This document shows positions 12,801 through 19,986 of a stretch of DNA of 64,000 nt, in pieces. The stretch covers positions 13,268,001 through 13,332,000 of the forward strand of contig CM120642.1 of the NCBI GenBank assembly GCA_051362555.1, read 5' to 3'. The DNA comes from Lingula anatina (lineage: Eukaryota > Animalia > Brachiopoda). Both the position numbers and the translations under genes were made by a program. Position 1 is the first letter of the stretch. Each line of letters opens with the position of its first letter. The notes beneath the pieces were generated by a model. That model saw nothing but the letters and a program-made list of their open reading frames with translations. It searched no databases and had not been told where the DNA came from.

Positions 12801-15800
12801 AGAACAATGATCCAGAGGGAAAGGTTGAGGAGTATAGAATGAAAGTGCATATCTTCGGGAACAGTCCCTCACCTGCTGTGGCGACATTCGGCCTTAGGAA
12901 GACTGCCCAAGAAGGACAACAGAAATACGGAAAGGATGCAAGACAGTTCGTAGAGAATGACTTTTACTGTGATGACGGTCTGCTAGCTGTGCCAACTGTA
13001 GAAAAAGCAATTGACATCCTTAAGCAGACGAAGGACATGCTAGCAGTTTCTAATCTACGATTGCACAAAATTGCTTCCAATTTCAGGGAAGTAGTGGAAG
13101 CATTCCCCGCATCTGAACGGGCAGCTGAAATATGTGATCTCAACCTAGATTTGGATGAAGCTCCACTCCAGAGGTCCCTTGGTATCCTTTGGAATTTACA
13201 GAGAGATACGTTTACTTTTCAGGTTACCTTGGACGAAAAACCTTTCACTAAAAGAGGTGTTTTGTCGACCATTAATAGCATTTATGATCCTTTAGGCTTT
13301 GTGCAACCGGTAGTGATAGGAGGAAAAGTTCTTCTCAGGCAAATGACACAAAACCAGGAGATTGGTTGGGACGACCGACTGCCAGATCACCTAGCCCCAG
13401 CATGGCACTTGTGGTGTCAATCCCTTCTCGCACTTGCTGAAATAGAAGTTCCACGTGCATATACTCCAATCCCATCAACAGAAGCTTCCAGAAGAGAACT
13501 ACATGTATTCTCAGATGCCTCCCAACAAGCTATTGCAGCCGTAGCATATCTGAAGGTGATCGACAACCAAGGCAACGTTCATGTGAGCTTCCTCATGGGC
13601 AAAGCCAAACTTGCTCCAAAGCATGCCACAAGCATTCCCCGCTTAGAACTGAACTCTGCTGTGCTCGCCGTTGAATTGAGAGATGTTATTACGAGTGAAA
13701 TCCAGCTAGAGATCCACGAACAAAGGTTTTACTCAGACAGTCGAGTGGTTTTAGGCTATCTAACCAATCGAACCAAACGGTTTTACGTGTATGTGGCTAA
13801 CAGAGTAGAACGCATCTTAAGATCCACGTCTTCAGAACAATGGACTTATGTGCCGACCAACGTTAATCCTGCAGACCATGCCACAAGACCTGTGACAGCA
13901 GAAAGCTTACCTGCAACATCATGGTTGCAAGGCCCAGGTTTTCTCAAGTCTACGACAGAGCTTGACCCAACAATGAACTCGGCCAAAAGGTTTTTTGTCT
14001 CTGATGATGATGTGGAGGTGAGACCAGACACGAAAGTATATGTTACTTCGGTACTCTCTGGCAGGTTACCCATGCATCTGCACTTGACCCGTTTCTCCAG
14101 TTGGAACGCCCTTGTAAGGTCTATTGCACGCTTGATCCGCGTAGTCAGATGTTTGAAGGCTAGAAGATGCCGAACTCGAGGCGTTTGGCATGTCTGTCCC
14201 ATAGAAGTACAAGATGTGAAAGCAGCGGAGAAGATAATACTACATAACGCTCAGAAAGAGTTATATTTCAAAGAAATATGTGCCCTAAAGCAAGGCCATA
14301 CCCTGCCCAGCGCCAGCTCCATTGCGTCACTAAACCCTTTCCTGGATGATGATCAACTCTTAAGAGTTGGGGGACGTCTAAAGCATGCTGATGTATCTGA
14401 CAAGGAGAAGAACCCTTTTGTAGTCCCTGGGGATTCACACGTTTCCACTCTTCTCATACGGCACCACCATGAAAGAGTTCAGCATCAAGGCAGGCATTTC
14501 ACAGAAGGAGCTGTGAGAAACGCTGGTCTTTGGATAATTGGTGCCAAAAGAAAAATCGGCAGCCTCATCCATAAGTGTGTAACATGCAGGAAGCTGCGAG
14601 GAAAATTTGAACAGCAACAAATGGCCGACTTGCCGTCGGAAAGGCTTGAGCAGCAGCCCCCTTTCACAAATGTCGGCGTCGATGTATTTGGTCCATGGGA
14701 AGTTGTAACCAGACGGACACGTGGAGGGAGCGCCAACAGCAAAAGATGGGCAGTACTTTTTACCTGTTTCTCAACCAGAGCCGTCCATATAGAGGTAATA
14801 GAATCCATGAGTGCCTCTTGCTTTATAAACGCTCTCAGAAGATTTTTTGCTATCAGGGGACCAGCAAAGATGATAAGATCCGACCGCGGGACAAACTTCG
14901 TGGGAGCCGTGAAAGAGATGGAACATTATCTTCGGGTCCATGGATGCAGATGGGAGTTTAATCCTCCACACGCGTCCCACATGGGAGGTTCCTGGGAAAG
15001 AATGATTGGTTTAGCAAGACGAATCCTCAACTCTATGTTATCGCAACCAGGAAAATCCAACCTAACTCATGAGATCCTCACCACCCTCATGGCTGAGGTT
15101 TCTGCTATTATAAACGCCAGACCTTTGGTGCCAATCACAACGGATCCTGAGGCTCCAGTCATGCTAACACCATCTATGCTTTTGAATCAGAAGATATGCG
15201 AAGGAGACGATATGGGAGACTTCTCAGATGTCGTCTTGCACAGACAGCAATGGAAGAGGGTCCAAGCGCTTGCAGATCAATTCTGGGCAAGGTGGAGAAA
15301 AGAGTACCTGGTCACTTTACAGCCCAGAAAAAAGTGGAACCGCCCGTCCCCAAACCTCAAGTTAGGAGACGTAGTACTGATAAAAGATAACTCAACCAAA
15401 AGAAACCAGTGGCCCATGGGCATAGTCATTAACACCTTCCCCAGTCAGGATGGGTTAGTAAGGAGAGTAGAGGTCAAGACAGGCCATGGTTCTCGTAAAT
15501 ATCTTAGGCCTGTAACAGATATTGTAGTTATTGTAGAAGCCCAAGTGGAAATTGAGGAGTGATATCTCTTAGATATCAGACGGGGAGTGTGTTGAAACCA
15601 ATTATTATTGTTATTATTATTATTTACTATTGTTTAATAGCAACAGGATTATTCCTAGGAGAATGTTAAGTACTCTATGTATAGATTTGGAGACCCCTCT
15701 CTGTGAATTTGTAGCCCTCTCACTTCGCTAGCCTCCTAGCGCTGTCTCTGTATTGGGGTTAGATTATTGTATAACGGGTAGTGGCGCGTTCAATCTGGTG

Positions 15801-18173
15801 AGGGGTGTCGGCCGGACCCCATTGGTCAGTAACCCCCATGTTACGGGGATAAGTGGCGTGATCGATCTGGTGAGGGGTGTTGGCTGGATGTTATTGGCCA
15901 GAAACTCTGATATTAGTTAGTTACTCTTAGAACGATCTTCATTCACTCACACGATACTCAGAAGATACACGCCGTTCTAGTTCTTCAGTAGGAAGACGCA
16001 ACTCCGTCAACCGTAGGAGTTAAAGTAAGCGCTTTTATTTTATTGATATGTTAGTGAGATAATAGTGAGTTTTAAGGTTGTTTTAATGTTAAGTTATATG
16101 ATTTAGTTCGTAAACATACCTTAAATTGCTGCCGCGACGATCTTTGATAGCGTTCAGTGTCATTTAACGATACAGGTTTACTTAGGGTGATTTCGTGTTT
16201 GTTTTCGTTTGCGCAATGTGTCACTACAATTTATCTGGCGTATTTCATTGTATAAACCCTCTGTAAAAGCTATTTTCGATCGTAGAACGGCTATTTAGCT
16301 TAGCGCAAACTTACTGTATCAGCGTTGTTATTCAAGTGATATCGTGTAGAGTTTAGCGTGTCAACGAATTTATTGTTGGTTCCCGTTTTCAGGTCATTGC
16401 GAATCTGTAGCACGTTCTCAGTACTGCTTCGCACGTTTTAGCCGGTGACACCACTTCTTGTAAGAATTTATATTTGTTTATCTAGTACGGTAAATGTTGT
16501 TGAATTTAGAACAGATACATGTACGTTGTGTTGTGCATTGGTATTGAAATTAAGCTTTAGTACAAAAAACGTTATTTAAATTGCTCACTTTTATTACCGT
16601 AATTATCGTTAAGTTTTATACAGCATTCTTACTATCATCACAACTATGTTACCGTAATTGGCCTTCAGTTTTTAGACGAAATAGTTTTGTAAAGTTTACT
16701 TTGTTATTGTCTTTGTACTTATATTTTGTTTATTTTTTCTTATTAAAGTTTACCGCTATTACATCTCAACAAGACGTGTTGTGTTGTATGGTAGGCTGTC
16801 TGATGACGATAGTCAACGGTCAGAACAGACATACAGTTGTATCATAACGGGGAATTGGGCAATTAATCTTCGATTCCCATTCACATGTATTTTTGTCTTT
16901 AAACCTCACGTGTTTCGTTATTCAAAAATACTATTTAACATGAACTATTTTAATAAATTATCAAGGCTTATAGCTCAACAATATAGTCCTTTGGGTTTAA
17001 AATACTTTAGCATAACCGCACAGTTCTTAGGAATGGTTATGCCAAGGTATTTTGCCTTGTGCCAGCTCCTACACATAAGCTTTATTGATTCCATCTTTGC
17101 AGATGTATATTCAAACCAGGACACTGGAGCACCTTGCTGAAATATTAGACCACGCGGAATGCGACAACTTTAACCTGACCAACTTTAACTCGAACTTTCC
17201 TGAAAAATTCCAAAAAATTCAAGTAGTGAAAGATTGGATCGCCGAGAACAATTATACTACTTTGAAAGATATAAGGGATGGACTTCAGGCTGCAAACCTT
17301 CTGCGGCTTTCCAGTAAGTTATATTAACTTTTTATTGCGATATACTGTATAAAGCGCTTTCATCTTATTCCAAAATCTCAATGCAACAACTGTCGAAAAT
17401 AAAACTGTAAAATTAGAGCTAAATAGAAAATATAAGGGGTGAGAAAAAATATCCCTATGCAAGAATGTATGATTATGCAAAGGATTTGAGTTTTTCTATG
17501 TGTTTTTCGTGACCCGATGAAATAGAATATATAATTGTCAAGTATACATGTAGAGAAGTTGGGAGTAAATTGAAGTACAATACCTGTCTATCCATCTGCG
17601 TATGACTGCCCCACTGATGGGTGCTGTTGTCATGTACTAAAACGACTAAGAGAGGATCTAAACTGGTGTTAATAAATTTGGTCTTATGATTGATCCGTTT
17701 TTACATCTTACTATTTTCAAGATCTACTGAATTTTGTCCGTTACAGGTGCGGCAATGGAGTATTATGCTGAGATGGTGATGAACATTGCAGACATGTCCC
17801 CCGATGAATTTGAAGCTCTCTGTAGAACCCTGACCACTGCGAAGTACATGTACACACCATGTGCAACAACCTGGGTATTCAGCTATTTATATTCGAATAA
17901 GTAATTCCTCACATTGCATGTAAATACACATTTCTAAACGCATTGTAGATTTGCCATTTTTATTGAATATTATATATTGTATTTATACTTACCAAATTAA
18001 TTACATGTATGGATATGTTCAATGTTTAACTTGTTTTATATTTGATGCTACTGTAATTTTTTTTAAAACAGGATCGAGCGACACGCCCACGTATGGATAA
18101 CTTGGACGAGAACGAAGTTTTGCGAGATGAGGTGCGGCAGTTGACAGCTAAACTTCGTCAGCAGAGCCAGTAG
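2170..18173 (+). CDS. Ankyrin-repeat protein with C-terminal death-fold-like domain and short coiled coil (about 277 aa, 7 coding exons)
   Basis: GT-AG exons with compatible phases: 2170-2274 ([35 protein letters not shown]), 3175-3273 ([33 protein letters not shown]), 3607-3705 ([33 protein letters not shown]), 3998-4087 ([30 protein letters not shown]), 17103-17313 ([15 protein letters not shown]...[30 protein letters not shown]), 17747-17874, 18072-18173 (stop TAG). The 99-nt phase-0 exons with TPLH are typical ankyrin exons. Linking exons 1-4 to 5-7 rests on phase match (inference). Confidence 0.75.
5540..7210. repeat. Foldback: two opposed arrays of degenerate ~150-bp units around a central palindrome
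   Basis: GGGTGTGGnnAnCCCTGGGGG-type units at about 5626, 5921 and 6079; reverse-complement units (CCCCAGGGACAGCCACACCCC type) at about 6705 and 6832, with more decayed copies at about 6980 and 7120. Confidence 0.6.
6216..6558. mobile_element. Degenerate ~340-bp palindromic MITE-like element
   Basis: Paired arms AATATAGGTCA/TGACCTATATT, ATTCAAGGCCCCA..CAGGAATCCTAG/CTAGGATTCCTG..TGGGGTCTTGAAT and TTAACACAAAAC/GTTTTATGTTAA, centred near 6390. Confidence 0.6.
8345..9584 (+). repeat. 5' LTR (1240 bp)
   Basis: TGTGTTGAAACC...GGTCAGAACA. Duplicated GTGGCG..ATCTGGTGAGGGGTGT..ATTGG block (about 8538-8660), GTAAG donors at 8782 and 9217, acceptor TTTTCAG at 9149, ATTAAA at 9499-9504. Confidence 0.96.
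9623..15562 (+). CDS. BEL/Pao Gag-Pol polyprotein (gag, zinc knuckles, aspartic protease, RT, RNase H, integrase)
   Basis: ORF of about 1980 aa, first ATG at 9623. Knuckles [14 protein letters not shown] and [15 protein letters not shown]; protease [10 protein letters not shown]; RT YLPHFGV, RVVFDSS, LLRFR, DIEQMF, FGNSPSP, FYCDDG; RNase [30 protein letters not shown]; integrase [30 protein letters not shown]. Confidence 0.96.
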   Translation: MSTDPAHVALPPSNPSDNDVSDDESQPMGDVSAPASEPTQTAEQTDISREKRHSKLTEKAEAAYMDSKQQLESKLDKVWQLVRDQIVSLQECDNEVVVIQNSMSVLRAQFAKYCIVQEEISSLHIRANTAISLREQGKLMNIGQHREEFVQKTLSEARTRCQELTETSSITSSRKSGSSVTISSVSSARRARLEKEATKLEEERRKMEATARRQLEEVDIEAKRQKEKARVLERKAAEEAENSRKRADLRIDLDTLAEPCNDADSQSVLSALPQTSKADMVREFVRNQDEEKLEKSQDIQDSSPAGNQAIQGWVQHFLKRDLVSNGLEKFDDTPENFLSWRLSFKNVVNGAQLSPREELDLLVKWSGTQSAQLVKKIRAVHVNRPSVGLKTAWERLEENFGKPEVISISLISKVRDTRKMGKTDHRALRDFGDALAMLEYAKEDSSLPGLEYLDTFMGINPLVDKLPDDLQDKWRSRAHRYKQTNGKFPPFMVFSEFVRKHALERSDRSFSVRLTEQPETKCPSRMQRMHSKQNVNVHKTDVTKTVRCPVHKEGNHSADKCRVLLSKLPNERREMVKKSGFCLRCIATTSHRARDCRVEVKCGKFGSERHLEILHIEMKKTTTPEVRAHGGENVEEVRTSCTEVCGSSVESKSCAKICLANVYHKDRPSSVVRAYVVMDDQSNRSLGKSELFQQLGVDTELVPFSLSTCSGKSQIVGRRAEHLVVEAINGSTKICLPTVLECNDIPDNRNEIPVPGVAAHHAHLRHLKAQIPEIDPQADILLLIGRDVPQAHKVRESRNGPNDAPWAQRLDLGWVILGEVCTGNVHRTPQVSTFRTNIMENGRPTLFEPCTRRMTITERYEGRFRDNIGKGIYVRTDDDNMKGPSIEDREFMELMKTEMQREESGHLIAPLPFKHVRKILPNNKERVYQRLRSLSKSLRKNQELKDHYVTFMSTMLEKGHAEPAPPLRPGQEAWYLPHFGVYHAKKPGKIRVVFDSSDTFNGTSLNDVLLTGPDLLNNLLGVLLRFRSDLVACMADIEQMFYSFHVKEEHRDFLRFLWFENNDPEGKVEEYRMKVHIFGNSPSPAVATFGLRKTAQEGQQKYGKDARQFVENDFYCDDGLLAVPTVEKAIDILKQTKDMLAVSNLRLHKIASNFREVVEAFPASERAAEICDLNLDLDEAPLQRSLGILWNLQRDTFTFQVTLDEKPFTKRGVLSTINSIYDPLGFVQPVVIGGKVLLRQMTQNQEIGWDDRLPDHLAPAWHLWCQSLLALAEIEVPRAYTPIPSTEASRRELHVFSDASQQAIAAVAYLKVIDNQGNVHVSFLMGKAKLAPKHATSIPRLELNSAVLAVELRDVITSEIQLEIHEQRFYSDSRVVLGYLTNRTKRFYVYVANRVERILRSTSSEQWTYVPTNVNPADHATRPVTAESLPATSWLQGPGFLKSTTELDPTMNSAKRFFVSDDDVEVRPDTKVYVTSVLSGRLPMHLHLTRFSSWNALVRSIARLIRVVRCLKARRCRTRGVWHVCPIEVQDVKAAEKIILHNAQKELYFKEICALKQGHTLPSASSIASLNPFLDDDQLLRVGGRLKHADVSDKEKNPFVVPGDSHVSTLLIRHHHERVQHQGRHFTEGAVRNAGLWIIGAKRKIGSLIHKCVTCRKLRGKFEQQQMADLPSERLEQQPPFTNVGVDVFGPWEVVTRRTRGGSANSKRWAVLFTCFSTRAVHIEVIESMSASCFINALRRFFAIRGPAKMIRSDRGTNFVGAVKEMEHYLRVHGCRWEFNPPHASHMGGSWERMIGLARRILNSMLSQPGKSNLTHEILTTLMAEVSAIINARPLVPITTDPEAPVMLTPSMLLNQKICEGDDMGDFSDVVLHRQQWKRVQALADQFWARWRKEYLVTLQPRKKWNRPSPNLKLGDVVLIKDNSTKRNQWPMGIVINTFPSQDGLVRRVEVKTGHGSRKYLRPVTDIVVIVEAQVEIEE
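15588..16827 (+). repeat. 3' LTR (1240 bp)
   Basis: Copy of 8345-9584 at offset 7243. The only difference I noticed is T9222 versus A16465. Confidence 0.96.
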
Positions 18174-18320
18174 GTGGATGGCAGTCCGCGCAATGTAATT
18201 TTATGTTATTGACATACATGACACGCAAATGATCATAGGATTCCACCAGTGCCGTGTAATTAACCAATTAATCAGTTGATTGGTTCATAAGTCTTCTCGT
18301 GTTTTTTCTCACGTTCTGAG

Positions 18321-18322
<2 letters not shown>

Positions 18323-18368
<46 letters not shown>
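18323..18368. repeat. (TA)n microsatellite
   Basis: Directly visible. Other simple repeats: poly-G about 4471-4520, (TTA)n about 18708-18763, (ATTT)n about 19744-19788, (TA)n about 24475-24532, (GT)n about 46137-46165, (CA)n about 61494-61527. Confidence 0.9.
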
Positions 18369-18372
<4 letters not shown>

Positions 18373-18401
18373 CTTTGGGATTTCAGTATGTTGAATAGGG
18401 G

Positions 18402-18499
18402 CCCAGCAAACACAGAACGTTACCATAACGTTACCATAGCGTTTTTTTTGTTTTATAAACGTGATGGAAACGTTATAAAACGTTCCATGTTTGTCGAGA
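18402..18499. mobile_element. Short decayed MITE-like inverted repeat
   Basis: CCCAGCAAACACAGAACGT paired with ACGTTCCATGTTTGTCGAG; several internal AACGTT motifs. Confidence 0.35.
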
Positions 18500-18704
18500 G
18501 GCTGCCATCTAATTGCTGGTGTAAAAAAAAAAAAATCCGTAGCCATTTCGACCTGCTTCACCCCAGCCATTGTCTGTTCATTGTAAACATTTTTGCTGTA
18601 AGCTCTCCGATTAATGCTTAAATATCAGCAAAGGTTTTGTGTGTGATATATGTAATAATCCTTAGTGTAGGAGTGCATTTTTATTTTGCTTATTCATTAA
18701 CATG

Positions 18705-18763
<59 letters not shown>

Positions 18764-19746
18764 TTGCTGTGGTATGAACACTGCTGTATCCTGAGTATTT
18801 TGTGTGAATTACAAATGGTCTGCTTGTTTGTCTGTTTGTGGTCAGTTTTGTTGTCGGTAGGCCTAATAGAGGCTACATAGGGGCCTAATGTGAAATTTTT
18901 ATCACAAAAAAGTTATGGTTAGGCCTACAAGAATATAATAATAGGCCTATATAAAATATATATAATATATAATTTATGAAATATGTATCTTACTTAAGTA
19001 TAATTCCTATAACATGCTTTTTAAAGATATGTTCATGCTGTAAACTTAGCTTTTTAAATCCTATAAGTCCCTTTGGGTCTTTAAGTGACATGCTATAAAA
19101 ATCACATAGGCCTACTATACAGTAAATATGTTATCACTTTTAATATCATATGGTATGTCTGTGAAATGTGCGAGTACTTAAAGTAATATAAGCCTATATA
19201 TTACCAGGGGCGGATCCATGATTATTTGATGGAGGGAGGGGGCGCTGATGCGAAACCCCCCCCCCCCCCCCTGGCGTGGGGTTAGGGGCTCGCTAAAAGG
19301 CCCCGAAAAATTTTGGGTATTTTAAAGGCTGAACCATGCCATTTGGTACGATTTAAAACTATGATTTAGTCAGTCAAAATTCTAATTTTAAGTGGGGACC
19401 ATTGTGTGATTTTTTTCAGAAATCGAAGGGGAGTCCCCCCCCCTCCCCCTGTAGGCCTACTATCAGCCGGCATCGCATGCTTCACATTTTCATGTTCTAA
19501 AACTAAAAATCATTGCTCTGTCATATGCAGTAGTTTATTGTGCCGTGTTGAGTTATATACATTTGCTTTTTGATACTTAAATAAAACGAATCAAACTATA
19601 GTAATAGATGGTTTGAGTTTTTAATGGAAGTTAAAGTTGTGTTGAGAGAATGGTTGTCGCAACTCCAGAGTGCGTGCTACGTCGTGCTTAAACGCGCAAG
19701 CATGTTTCTACGTCGCACATTTCTGTCATGTTTTCATGGCATATAT

Positions 19747-19789
<43 letters not shown>

Positions 19790-19957
19790 GGCCCTATTTA
19801 ATACGGATAGTGTCATTTAGCAGCTTTAGTAGGAGTGCCAGACAGCTAAGCCACTTAGCTGAAAGCAATTTAGAGAGAAACCGCATGGGGATGGACCAGT
19901 CCTGTTAGATCGATCTAATAGTATAGGAACCCAGTGTTTAGTGCTACTGATGTAGCA

Positions 19958-19977
19958 CACATGACGCGTCATGTGAC
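19958..19977. promoter_or_regulatory. Perfect 18-bp palindrome CACATGACGCGTCATGTG (paired M-box/CLEAR-like E-boxes) just before the dipeptidase ATG
   Basis: Palindrome at 19958-19975, GTCATGTGAC at 19968-19977, and a YY1-like AAAATGGC overlapping the ATG at 19987. Confidence 0.45.
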
Positions 19978-19986
19978 TTGTTCAAA

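Larger units (their letters stand above)
8345..16827 (+). mobile_element. Full-length BEL/Pao LTR retrotransposon, very recent insertion
   Basis: Two 1240-bp LTRs (TGT...ACA), 5-bp TSD GACAT (8340-8344 and 16828-16832), polypurine tract AGACGGGGAG (15578-15587), one uninterrupted gag-pol ORF. Confidence 0.97.

Noticed and set aside
9577-15390. Many short antisense and alternate-frame ORFs inside gag-pol
   Set aside because: Shadow ORFs of a long, GC-richer coding region with no recognisable motifs.
18268-18621. ORFs with IYIYIY runs (also 24348-24548 and 19624-19908)
   Set aside because: Translations of (TA)n or (ATTT)n microsatellites.
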